From positions 1-53,029 of the forward strand of contig DAIUCV010000001.1 in NCBI GenBank assembly GCA_036846005.1: a stretch of 53,029 nucleotides of DNA, in the 5' to 3' direction. The DNA comes from Patescibacteria group bacterium. Lineage in GTDB: Bacteria > Patescibacteriota > Microgenomatia > UBA8517. Both the position numbers and the translations under genes were made by a program. The notes below the pieces were generated by a model. That model worked only from the letters and a program-made list of their open reading frames with translations. It had not been told where the DNA came from and made no database searches. Below, in pieces: positions 37,585-46,545 of this stretch (position 1 is its first letter; the number at the start of each line of letters is the position of its first letter).

Positions 37585-37908
37585 TTATTTCTTTGACTTG
37601 GATTCTTTTCTCAACTGCTCCAAAGTATCCGGTCTTTCCATTTCTTTTAATATTTTCTTCTCTCTTTTAATCCTTCTCTTTTCGGATTTGGAGACAACCT
37701 TGGTACTAGCCTTTTTCTGTTTGGCTTTGAAGGCATCAACCCGTCCGGCTGTATCTACAAATTTCATTTGACCCGTATAAAAAGGATGACAGGCACTGCA
37801 AACCTCAACATGAATTTCGGGTACTGTCGCACCGATGGTAAAAGTATTTCCGCAAGCGCAGGTTACTATTGCTTGCGGATACCATTTGGGATGTATGTCT
37901 GCTTTCAT
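37585..37908 (-). CDS. rpmE: 50S ribosomal protein L31 with Lys-rich C-terminal extension
   Basis: [23 protein letters not shown]...[11 protein letters not shown]; 107 aa. Confidence 0.9.
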   Translation of the reverse strand: MKADIHPKWYPQAIVTCACGNTFTIGATVPEIHVEVCSACHPFYTGQMKFVDTAGRVDAFKAKQKKASTKVVSKSEKRRIKREKKILKEMERPDTLEQLRKESKSKK

Positions 37909-37955
37909 AAAAGTAGAGAATCTTTGGATTTCCGTTTTGTATTATACCAATGATG

Positions 37956-38870
37956 TCAGGTTGAAGCAACGCTTCTTCGCTTAAACTCGGCAACGAATAT
38001 TCCTACAGCGATAATTATTGCCCCAAAAAGAAAGGTTATGGATACCTTCTCTTTTAACCACAGGACAGCAATGGGAATGGACAAGACGGGGTAGAGGTAG
38101 GAAAACAGAGCAGCTTCGGAAATCTCGATTGTTTTTTGGGCTTTATCACTCAGAGCATAGGCTATATTTCCCGAAAGAATCGCCAAAAAAAATACTGCCA
38201 GGTGGTAGGGTAGAGGAATTTCTTGAAGAGTTTGAAATATGTTGGCTGCACCGTATTTGATCAGGGTTAAGGGTAGGATTGTCAGAAATCCGATAATAAA
38301 GGAAATACTAGATAAGATAATGGGTTTAATACCCTGTCTTAATAATATTTTAAGAAGAACGATGGAAATGGTATTTCCCAGCAGATAAAGAATAATTAAG
38401 ATATTTCCTGAAAGTCTACTAATTCCGTCACCTCCCAATATTGGTTCTATTACTGTTGTAACCATTCCGATAAGGGCAATAGACATTCCGATTTTCTCTC
38501 TTTTGGTTACTCGTTCTTTTAAGAATATTACTCCTGCAATAGTTATCATAATAGGCCCAGTTATGCTTATCAGGGACATATCGACAACCGTTGTTTTTTC
38601 CAGACCCCAGAAAAGAAGTCCCAAGGCAATTGTTGAAGTAAATAGACCATAAATGGCAATAAGAGCTAAAGATTTTTTATCTTTGGGTAAACTAAAACCA
38701 ATAAAAATAAATGCGATTAATCCAAAAACGGTGGAAATAGCAAACCTGTAGGTTAGAAAGGTTAGAGGGGGTAATACTCCTAAAGTGTATTTGATTATCG
38801 GACCCGCCGCTGCCCAAATAAGGGAAACAATAATCAGAAGAATATAGGCTCTTAAACGGTGCGGATTCAT
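37956..38870 (-). CDS. EamA/DMT-family transporter
   Basis: 10 hydrophobic segments in two EamA-like halves. The ORF opens with TTG at 38906. The ATG at 38870 (MNPHRLRAY...) is preferred, but the start is uncertain. Confidence 0.75.
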   Translation of the reverse strand: MNPHRLRAYILLIIVSLIWAAAGPIIKYTLGVLPPLTFLTYRFAISTVFGLIAFIFIGFSLPKDKKSLALIAIYGLFTSTIALGLLFWGLEKTTVVDMSLISITGPIMITIAGVIFLKERVTKREKIGMSIALIGMVTTVIEPILGGDGISRLSGNILIILYLLGNTISIVLLKILLRQGIKPIILSSISFIIGFLTILPLTLIKYGAANIFQTLQEIPLPYHLAVFFLAILSGNIAYALSDKAQKTIEISEAALFSYLYPVLSIPIAVLWLKEKVSITFLFGAIIIAVGIFVAEFKRRSVAST

Positions 38871-38916
38871 AACTTTAAGTATCGGGTATCTAAAATCGGG
38901 AATCAAGGACTGGAAT

Positions 38917-40173
38917 TTAAGAAGCTTTGATAATATCTATTGCTTTCTCTAATTTCATTGTGTCTTGTGATTTTGCCTCAAGGTTTTTAAGGGTTACAAC
39001 TTCTTTTTCCGCTTCGTCGGATCCGATAATTATTACCCAGGGAATGCCTTTTTTATCGGCATATTTAAGCTGTTTATCCAGTTTTTCTAAACTCGGGTAA
39101 AGCTCGCAATTTATTCCCTTGTTTCTTAATATTTTTGCCAAATCTAGGGAATTAGAAAACAGTGCTTTAGAAAAGACTGTTACCAGAACTTTGGTAGGGG
39201 AGGATGCGATATTGGGCCAAAGATTTAGTTCTTCAATGCAATCGCAAATTCTGTCCAAGCCGATTGTCGTTCCGACTGCCGGAAGGTCGGGACCACCCAA
39301 TTTTTCAATTAAGTTATCAAATCTTCCTCCTCCGGTGATGGAACCGATTTTAGGTTTTTTCACAACCGTTTCAAAAATACTTCCCGTATAATAATCAAGA
39401 CCTCTAACCAAAATAGGATCAAATTCGATGTTTTTGGCACCCATTTTGTTGGCAAGACTTATGATTTCTTTTAAATCGTCATCCATTTCGGCAGATTTTA
39501 AATTTGCGAATAATTTTGTAATTGTTTCTTTACTCAAACCTTTGTCTGCAAGTTCTTTTTCAACCTCACTTTGGTTTTTTTTATCCAATTTATCTATCGA
39601 CCTAAGTATGGTTTGTGATTTGTCGGCTTTGATACCCGCTTTTTCAATTAAGTTAAAAAGAACCTTGCGGGAATTCAATCTGATTTTATAATCAGTAAAG
39701 TTTAATTTATTTAGACAGGTTGAAATTATTGCCAGAATTTCGGCATCGGCAACGTTTGAGGAAGAACCGATAGTATCCACATCGCATTGATAAACCTCCC
39801 GATATCTTCCTTTTTGGGGTTTTTCGGCTCTAAAAATGGGTTGAATTTGATATCTTTTAAAAGGAATGGGTAAATTCGGATAATCGGCCATTACGCGGGA
39901 GAGAGGAACTGTAAGATCATATTTTAGTCCCACCCCTCTTTCTCCCTGGTCTTTGAAAAGATACATCAGCTTTTCGGCTTCCTCCCCGTATTTTCCCAGT
40001 AATACTTCCTGATATTCCAAAGTGGGAGTGGCAAGTTCCGAGAATCCAAAGGATTCAAAAACTTCACGCAATATACTAATAACCCGATTTCGGATATACA
40101 TTTTCTCGGGTAAAAAGTCTCTAAAACCTTTAAGAATACGTGTTTTACTTTTATCCATAACCTTATTATCCAT
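38917..40173 (-). CDS. hisS: histidine--tRNA ligase
   Basis: Class II motifs: GFRDFLP, FRAEKPQKGRYREVYQCD and GGGRFDNL. C-terminal anticodon-binding domain. 418 aa. Confidence 0.9.
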   Translation of the reverse strand: MDNKVMDKSKTRILKGFRDFLPEKMYIRNRVISILREVFESFGFSELATPTLEYQEVLLGKYGEEAEKLMYLFKDQGERGVGLKYDLTVPLSRVMADYPNLPIPFKRYQIQPIFRAEKPQKGRYREVYQCDVDTIGSSSNVADAEILAIISTCLNKLNFTDYKIRLNSRKVLFNLIEKAGIKADKSQTILRSIDKLDKKNQSEVEKELADKGLSKETITKLFANLKSAEMDDDLKEIISLANKMGAKNIEFDPILVRGLDYYTGSIFETVVKKPKIGSITGGGRFDNLIEKLGGPDLPAVGTTIGLDRICDCIEELNLWPNIASSPTKVLVTVFSKALFSNSLDLAKILRNKGINCELYPSLEKLDKQLKYADKKGIPWVIIIGSDEAEKEVVTLKNLEAKSQDTMKLEKAIDIIKAS

Positions 40174-40221
40174 GATTTCGGTCTTTTGGGCAAACGCGTG
40201 ATATAGGTTTATGGAGTGGGT

Positions 40222-40959
40222 TTAAGGAGTAGGGGATGGGGTCGTTTTAGGGGTTGCTGTCGGTTTGGGGGATGGCGAAGAGGTGGAAATCGGACTAGCG
40301 CTTGGGGTTAGGGATATTCTTTCAATTTTTCTGGCCTCAAAAACATTGTTGTTCATAATACCGAAGGCAATAAGGAAATCATCTGCTTCAATATCCGCAA
40401 ATTTAATTTTAGTTTCCTTTTGATCGGTAAAATCAACAACGCTGATAGAAGTATTCGGTTCCAGGGTTAACTTTTCATTTGCCAGGGATGTTATTTCCAA
40501 ACTGCTTTTATTAGCTTTAGTTACTTTCCCAAAAACTGCAATTCTGTTAGACGGTTTTAAAGCCTCAGTTACCAGGATTCGCGTGGAGTTAAGGACATTA
40601 TTCCCGTTTTTATAACCCATCGCTATTATGAAATCACCGATGGCGACATCCGCCATCTTAATGATTTTTGTTGTTTTCCCCACACTGACGAATACGGTAT
40701 CCTGGTTGGTTGAAATCTGCAGTATTTCACCGGTTTTACCCTCGCTGTCAAGTAAGAATTTCCTGACTTGGATGGTTGTAGAAGATATATCCGTAATAGT
40801 ACCGATATATGCTTTCGGATTACTAAGAACCTGTGTTACTTTTTCCTGGACTTTTTCCCTAATTGATTCAGAAGACGAAGTTGCTGTCTGGGCCTTTAGA
40901 AATTTTAAGGATGAGGAAAAAAGTATTATGGATAATATGATAACTGCTATTTTTTTCAT
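40222..40959 (-). CDS. hypothetical secreted protein with Pro/Thr/Ser-rich C-terminal tail
   Basis: A signal-peptide-like MKKIAVIILSIILFSS starts at the ATG at 40959; the ORF opens at 41058, inside the upstream gene. The tail is SPSPKPTATPKTTPSPTP. Confidence 0.6.
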   Translation of the reverse strand: MKKIAVIILSIILFSSSLKFLKAQTATSSSESIREKVQEKVTQVLSNPKAYIGTITDISSTTIQVRKFLLDSEGKTGEILQISTNQDTVFVSVGKTTKIIKMADVAIGDFIIAMGYKNGNNVLNSTRILVTEALKPSNRIAVFGKVTKANKSSLEITSLANEKLTLEPNTSISVVDFTDQKETKIKFADIEADDFLIAFGIMNNNVFEARKIERISLTPSASPISTSSPSPKPTATPKTTPSPTP

Positions 40960-40963
40960 AAAT

Positions 40964-41422
40964 TTATTTTGCAAATTCACTGGATAAAACGACAACAAGA
41001 TTTTGAGTATTTGAATTACCGCTTTCGTCGAATGAAGTGACAACCAATTCATTCGCACCTCCTATCAAATCAACCGATTCTTCAAAACCGCCGTTTAAAT
41101 CTGCTTTGATTACGTAATCCTTGTTTTCGGCGGAAATCGTGACCCAGGCATTCGGTTTGGTAGCCCCGCTTACGGTAATCGGACTTTGGGTTACCACATC
41201 CATATCTTCGGGTTTGGCAAGAGTTAAACCAACCTGCGGTACAGAAGTAGGTGTTGTTACCTCTTCAGTAGGCGTGTTATCGGTTGTTGTGCCATTAGTT
41301 TTTATGGAAGAATTCGCTTTCCAGATTCCGAAAGCAATAATCAGTCCAAATAAAGCACCGGCAAGAATTGCAAAAAATATTTCTTTACGCATTAAAGTAA
41401 TTGCTAACAGGCGTGCTGACAC
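40964..41422 (-). CDS. hypothetical membrane-anchored protein with beta-rich (Ig-like?) ectodomain
   Basis: N-terminal TM anchor, Thr-rich linker, then a ~90-aa beta-type segment (VTISAENKDYVIKADLNGGF...VVTSFDESGN). Confidence 0.55.
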   Translation of the reverse strand: MSARLLAITLMRKEIFFAILAGALFGLIIAFGIWKANSSIKTNGTTTDNTPTEEVTTPTSVPQVGLTLAKPEDMDVVTQSPITVSGATKPNAWVTISAENKDYVIKADLNGGFEESVDLIGGANELVVTSFDESGNSNTQNLVVVLSSEFAK

Positions 41423-41482
41423 TATATGAAAACTTCAGGTACTTGTCAAGTAAAGAAGGGTTTGCTACGATGCAAATACTTT

Positions 41483-42139
41483 ATGGAAATATCATATTTA
41501 GGTCACTCATCCTTCAAGATAAAAACTAAAGATGCAACCTTGGTAACGGATCCTTTTGATCCGAAAGAGGTGGGTATAAAATATCCTATAACCGACGCAG
41601 ATGTAGTAACGATATCCCATGGTCATTCAGATCATAATTACCTGGAGAGAATAAGGGGTTACAGAAAAGTGATTACCGAACCGGGTGAATACGAACTTGC
41701 CAACATTTCCATAATAGGATTACCGAGTTTCCATGACGCTAAAAACGGGGAAGAAAGAGGGAGAAATATAATCTATGTTTTTGAAATAGAAGAAATGAGA
41801 ATTGCCCATTTGGGAGATCTGGGTCAAAAACTTTCGGATAAAATGTTGGAGGAAATCGGCGAGATTGATATTTTAATGATCAGTTCAGGCCACCCGATGT
41901 CATTACCTGCTAAAGATGCAGTGGAAATAGTCAGGGCAATCGAACCGGAAATTATCTTACCCATGCATTACAAAAGGGAAGGACAAAATGCGCCTACTTT
42001 GTCAAATCTGGAAACCGTTGACGCTTTTCTTAAAGAGGCTGCACTTCCAGTAGAAAGAATTCCCAAACTTTCCGTAAAAATCTCGGATCTTTCGGAAGAA
42101 GAGCAGAAAGTTATTCTTTTGGAAATAAAAGAAAAGTAA
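41483..42139 (+). CDS. MBL-fold metallo-hydrolase
   Basis: MEISYLGHSSFKI start and the HGHSDH (HxHxDH) motif. The ORF opens at 41426. Confidence 0.8.
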   Translation: MEISYLGHSSFKIKTKDATLVTDPFDPKEVGIKYPITDADVVTISHGHSDHNYLERIRGYRKVITEPGEYELANISIIGLPSFHDAKNGEERGRNIIYVFEIEEMRIAHLGDLGQKLSDKMLEEIGEIDILMISSGHPMSLPAKDAVEIVRAIEPEIILPMHYKREGQNAPTLSNLETVDAFLKEAALPVERIPKLSVKISDLSEEEQKVILLEIKEK

Positions 42140-42189
42140 AACTGCCATTTACATAAACTCTTGTTGGTGCTAAATATATCCTTAAACTT

Positions 42190-43512
42190 ATGGCAGAAAA
42201 TCCACAGATAAGAATTGCGCCTCATTCAACCGATGCAGAAGAGTCCGTACTCGGAGCTTTGCTTTTGGACAAAGACGCGGTAATTGCCGTTGCCGAATTT
42301 TTACTACCCGATGATTTTTATGATGACAGACACAAAGAAATCTATTCAGCCTGTATCGAGCTTTACGAAGACAGGATCCCCATAGATGTATTAACCGTTG
42401 CGGATAGATTAAAAAGAAAAAAATTCTTGAAAAAAATGGGAGGTGCCAGTTATTTGGCTGAATTGGTAAGTAGAGTCCCAACTGCCGCCCACGTTGAACA
42501 TTACGGAAAGATAGTCAAAGACGCTGCGACAAAAAGGTCTTTGATGGCCGCGGCAAGCAGGCTGGTAGGTCTTTCCATGGACGATTCAATGGCTGCCGAT
42601 GAACTTTTGGATAAAGCCGAAGCAGAGGTCTTTTCGCTTACCCAAAAACATTTATCCAACACCTTTACTCCCATCAAAAGTGCTCTGGCGGAAAGCTTTG
42701 ATAGACTTGACGAACTGCATAAACAAGCGGAAGGATTAAGAGGAGTCCCAACCGGCTTTAAGGATTTGGACGATACCACCGCCGGTTTTCAAAAATCCAA
42801 TCTTTTGATTTTGGCGTCAAGACCGGGTGTGGGAAAAACTTCTTTAGCGCTTAATATTGCCCAGAATATTACTGTAGGCTACAACCGGCCTGTTGCCGTA
42901 TTTTCTTTGGAAATGAGTAAAGAGGAATTGGTGGATAGGCTTTTGGTTTCCCAGGCTGATATTGATGCCTGGAAGTTAAAAACAGGTAAGCTTTCGGAGG
43001 ATGATTTTACAGCTCTGTCAAATGCCATGGGAGTTTTGGCCGAGGCTCCTCTTTATATTGACGACACACCCGCTCTTTCGATTCTGGAAATGCGAACCAA
43101 AGCCAGACGTCTTCAGGTCGAAGTGGGAATAGATCTGATAATTGTCGATTATTTGCAGTTGGCAAGAAGCAGGCAATTGGAAAATAGGGTACAGGAAGTT
43201 TCGGAAATTACCCAAGGCTTGAAAAATCTGGCGAGGGAATTAAAAGTACCTGTTTTGGCAATATCCCAGCTATCAAGAGCTGTTGAGCAAAGAGGAGAAA
43301 AAAGACCGCAGCTGGCAGATTTGAGAGAGTCGGGAAGTATAGAACAGGATGCAGACGTAGTTATGTTTTTATGGAGAGAGGATGAGGAGAGTATCGAAAA
43401 TATCTCTTTGGAAATAGCCAAACACAGAAACGGTCCTCTTAAAAGTATCAAACTATTCTTCAGGGGAGACAGGATTAAGTTTTACGGGAGAGAAACCAAA
43501 CATCCGGATTAA
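42190..43512 (+). CDS. dnaB: replicative DNA helicase DnaB
   Basis: Start motif PHSTDAEESVLGALL, Walker A SRPGVGKTS, IVDYLQL and ISQLSR; 440 aa; no intein. Confidence 0.95.
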   Translation: MAENPQIRIAPHSTDAEESVLGALLLDKDAVIAVAEFLLPDDFYDDRHKEIYSACIELYEDRIPIDVLTVADRLKRKKFLKKMGGASYLAELVSRVPTAAHVEHYGKIVKDAATKRSLMAAASRLVGLSMDDSMAADELLDKAEAEVFSLTQKHLSNTFTPIKSALAESFDRLDELHKQAEGLRGVPTGFKDLDDTTAGFQKSNLLILASRPGVGKTSLALNIAQNITVGYNRPVAVFSLEMSKEELVDRLLVSQADIDAWKLKTGKLSEDDFTALSNAMGVLAEAPLYIDDTPALSILEMRTKARRLQVEVGIDLIIVDYLQLARSRQLENRVQEVSEITQGLKNLARELKVPVLAISQLSRAVEQRGEKRPQLADLRESGSIEQDADVVMFLWREDEESIENISLEIAKHRNGPLKSIKLFFRGDRIKFYGRETKHPD

Positions 43513-43521
43513 TCTTCTTTG

Positions 43522-43607
43522 TGGCCAGGGAGGGACTCGAACCCTCATGAGGTATTAGCCTCACACGATTTTGAGTCGTGCGCGTCTACCAATTCCGCCA
43601 CCCGGCC
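43522..43607 (-). tRNA. tRNA-Leu (anticodon CAA), long variable arm
   Basis: Reverse complement has acceptor GGCCGGG pairing with CCUGGCC (one G-U), GCGGAAUUGGUAGACGC D arm, anticodon stem CACGA/UCGUG with loop CUCAAAA, variable arm GAGGCUAAUACCUC, and T arm GAGGG-UUCGAGU-CCCUC. Confidence 0.9.
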
Positions 43608-43659
43608 TTAATTCAGGTGTATTTTAGCACAAAATGAGCTAAAATACTGATTACCGCAT

Positions 43660-44223
43660 ATGATTGAAGCATCAAATTTAAAAAACGGAACTACTTTTTT
43701 AGTATACGATAAACCGCACAAGGTTATTAAATATTCCCATATCAAAATGGGCAGGGGGGGAGCAATAGTCAGGGTAACCGCCAGAAACTTGGAGACCGGA
43801 GGGGTTGTAAATAAAACCTACAGTTCCAATGTCAAAGTGGAGGATATCACTACCGAAAAAAGAAAGTTAAAGTTTTTGTATAGCGATAGTGAGAACGCCT
43901 ACTTCATGGACCCGGTAACTTTCGAACAGATATCAATGTTAATCGGAGTCTTGGGTGAGGATATAAACTTTATTAAAGGCGATTCGGATGTTGATGTACT
44001 TTTTTGGGGAGACAAACCGCTTTCGATAGATATTCCTCCTAAAGTGGTTTTGAAAATTATTGATACTCCACCCGGGGTAAAGGGTAATTCAGCCTCAAAT
44101 GTCTATAAAGATGCAACCTTGGAAAACGGATTAAAAGTAAAAGTTCCTCTATTTATTAACGAAAACGATCGTGTAAAAGTAGATACCAGAACCGGAGAAT
44201 ATATCGAAAGAGCAAAAGAGTAA
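43660..44223 (+). CDS. efp: elongation factor P (Arg32 type)
   Basis: 187 aa with three-domain length; the loop HIKMGRGGAIVRV aligns with the E. coli VKPGKGQAFARV loop. Confidence 0.9.
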   Translation: MIEASNLKNGTTFLVYDKPHKVIKYSHIKMGRGGAIVRVTARNLETGGVVNKTYSSNVKVEDITTEKRKLKFLYSDSENAYFMDPVTFEQISMLIGVLGEDINFIKGDSDVDVLFWGDKPLSIDIPPKVVLKIIDTPPGVKGNSASNVYKDATLENGLKVKVPLFINENDRVKVDTRTGEYIERAKE

Positions 44224-44233
44224 TTTTTCGATA

Positions 44234-44695
44234 TCAACCAAATACCCACCAGAAAGCTGCCACAACGGTTAAGAATTGATAAACAAGACCGGGAAACATT
44301 TCCGCATTTGCCTGCAGAGATTTTTTAAACTTTATCCATTTAAATATGAAGGCGCTTTTCTGATTGAGAAAAAAATAAGGTGCTTCTATCAGATCCGGCA
44401 GTGCCGCGAGAAATGCACCCAATAAGACAATTGCCACTTTGGTTAAATCAGGATAAGCCTGAAAAGCAATCAACGTTCCCAGTAGGAGTGAAAGCAGAGA
44501 ATCCGCAACCACAATTGCTGTAGTTTGCGAGGTTATTTTTCCGTGATTTTTCTTCTCCGTATTTAAATGAGGATTCCAATGGGGGATTTTTTCGAGTATA
44601 AAATGACTCCCCAATGCCAGGGGTAACGCTAGAGCAGGATTACCCACTTTAAAGGCAATCGCTGCGCCTACAACTACGTGCGGAGTTTCAAGCAC
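44234..44695 (-). CDS. hypothetical membrane protein
   Basis: 153 aa with 4-5 hydrophobic segments. No family assigned with confidence. Confidence 0.55.
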   Translation of the reverse strand: MLETPHVVVGAAIAFKVGNPALALPLALGSHFILEKIPHWNPHLNTEKKNHGKITSQTTAIVVADSLLSLLLGTLIAFQAYPDLTKVAIVLLGAFLAALPDLIEAPYFFLNQKSAFIFKWIKFKKSLQANAEMFPGLVYQFLTVVAAFWWVFG

Positions 44696-44762
44696 AGTAA
44701 TGAAATAATAACTACTTAATTTTTGTTTGTCAAACAGAAAATGATGTTATACTAGACGAGAA

Positions 44763-45365
44763 ATGGCAATCGGAATACTTTTTAATGTCTTGGGAATTAT
44801 AATTTTTTTATTTCTTTTTTGGAAGAAATTAAAAGAGGATTATATCTCGACTCAGATATTTTCTTCGGCTTTTATCATTATTGCCGGAACATTGGTATTT
44901 TATTTAATATCCAGATTTTACATACCGGCTTGGTGGTTTTGGTTTGGTTTTTTCGGGTTTTTAGTGGGTTTGGTTATTGCGATTCTCAGATTCGGTTTGA
45001 GGCCGTATGAAACCTTTGAGGCTGCAATTATTTCCGTATTGCCGTGGGTTTCACTTTTATATCTAAATGATTCAATCAAGAATGCGAGTTTAACTTCTTT
45101 AATAGGTTTTGCCATAACTCTGGGGATTGTATTTTTATATATATTTTTAAATTCGAGATACAAAAATTTTACCTGGTACAAATCGGGTAGGGTGGGATTT
45201 GCCGGCTTAACAAGTATTGGGATATATTTTTTAATTAGAGGGCTTATTGCAATCTTTTTTCCGTTTGTGGTATCCTTTGTTGTTGATTACGAACCAATCC
45301 TCTCAGGAAGTTTTGCATTTTCGTTTTTTTTACTGGTTTTTAACTTATCAAGAAAAAGTCAATGA
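44763..45365 (+). CDS. hypothetical polytopic membrane protein
   Basis: 200 aa with about 6 hydrophobic segments. No family recognised. Confidence 0.55.
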   Translation: MAIGILFNVLGIIIFLFLFWKKLKEDYISTQIFSSAFIIIAGTLVFYLISRFYIPAWWFWFGFFGFLVGLVIAILRFGLRPYETFEAAIISVLPWVSLLYLNDSIKNASLTSLIGFAITLGIVFLYIFLNSRYKNFTWYKSGRVGFAGLTSIGIYFLIRGLIAIFFPFVVSFVVDYEPILSGSFAFSFFLLVFNLSRKSQ

Positions 45366-45781
45366 AAAAAAATAACAAGAAAGACAAAAAAGATAAAAAG
45401 AAAAAAGCAAGCAACGGGAAGTTATATTTTCCTGCTAGTTTATTGAATCCCATCGGTATCTTTTTACACAATAGATTACACAGCCTGGAAAAAAAGAAAA
45501 AGGCTATCGATAAACAGGATCCTTTTAAAGATACGGCCAGGCTTGATGAAAATGCCTCTCCGGATTCGGATGCAGCAGAACAGTTTGGTCATGCCAGCAC
45601 CTCTGCGATAAGAGGCCAGCTTGATAAAAGAATAATCGAAACCAGAAAAGCCTTATCCAGAATAAAAATCGGTAAATACGGGATTTGCGAAGATTGCGGT
45701 AAGATGATAGATACAGATAGATTAATAGCATATCCGGAGGCTACCCTTTGTGCCAAATGCAAAGCAAAAAGAGAAAAATAA
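45362..45781 (+). CDS. DksA/TraR-family C4 zinc-finger protein
   Basis: C-terminal CEDCGKMIDTDRLIAYPEATLCAKC preceded by a coiled-coil-like region. ATGA overlap with the upstream gene. Confidence 0.75.
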   Translation: MKKNNKKDKKDKKKKASNGKLYFPASLLNPIGIFLHNRLHSLEKKKKAIDKQDPFKDTARLDENASPDSDAAEQFGHASTSAIRGQLDKRIIETRKALSRIKIGKYGICEDCGKMIDTDRLIAYPEATLCAKCKAKREK

Positions 45782-45810
45782 TCGGTATGGAAATCGGGTG
45801 ATTAGTTGAT

Positions 45811-45834
45811 AGCCGCCAAAAAGGCGGTTTTTTT
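45811..45834 (+). terminator. rho-independent terminator after the DksA-like gene
   Basis: GCCGCC-AAAAA-GGCGG stem-loop followed by T7. Confidence 0.7.
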
Positions 45835-45837
45835 AAT

Positions 45838-46545
45838 ATGGAACCTAAAATAATTTATCAGGACACAAGCCTTATGGTTTTGAATAAACCTGTCGGCTGG
45901 ATCGTTACCAAGGCAAAAACAGCCAAAAATACTCCTGTCATAGAAGAATGGCTAAAAAAGTTTAAATACCCTCTGGCGAATAATGAAGACTTAAGAAGGG
46001 GGATAGTCCACAGAATAGATAAAGAAACCAGCGGTTTAATTCTGATTGCTAAAACTCAAATATCTTTGGAAAAACTGCAACAGGAATTTAAAAATAGGGA
46101 AGTGGAGAAGGAGTACCTAGCCTTGGTTCACGGAAAACTTTTCCCTAAGGAAGGTATTATTCAAGCCCCTTTAGGAAGGCTTCCTTGGAACAGAAAACGC
46201 TTTGGAATATTACCGGGCGGAAGGGAATCCCAAACAAATTATAAAGTTAATGGATATTATAAAAAAGGAAAAGAGATATTGTCTTTTGTTACAATGTTTC
46301 CTAAATCAGGTCGAACGCATCAAATAAGGGTGCATCTGAAATATATTACTCATCCGATAGTATCGGATACATTTTACGCAGGAAGAAAAATATCAAGAGG
46401 TGATAGGTTGTGGTGTCCAAGGCTTTTTTTACATGCTGCACGAATTTCATTTACACACCCGGTTTCAAAAGCAAGAATGGAATTTATATTAAGACTCCCC
46501 AAAGAGTTACAAGAAGTAGTTTCTAAATTAGCGAAGGAAGATTAA
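45838..46545 (+). CDS. RluA-family pseudouridine synthase (no S4 domain)
   Basis: HRIDKETSGL catalytic-Asp motif, GRTHQIRVH and FLHA; 235 aa. Confidence 0.85.
   Translation: MEPKIIYQDTSLMVLNKPVGWIVTKAKTAKNTPVIEEWLKKFKYPLANNEDLRRGIVHRIDKETSGLILIAKTQISLEKLQQEFKNREVEKEYLALVHGKLFPKEGIIQAPLGRLPWNRKRFGILPGGRESQTNYKVNGYYKKGKEILSFVTMFPKSGRTHQIRVHLKYITHPIVSDTFYAGRKISRGDRLWCPRLFLHAARISFTHPVSKARMEFILRLPKELQEVVSKLAKED

Noticed and set aside
43620-43646. 9-bp inverted repeat TATTTTAGC/GCTAAAATA between tRNA-Leu and efp, as an operator.
   Set aside because: It is AT-rich and short, and overlaps a plausible -10 (TAAAAT). It cannot be distinguished from chance or from promoter sequence without comparative data.
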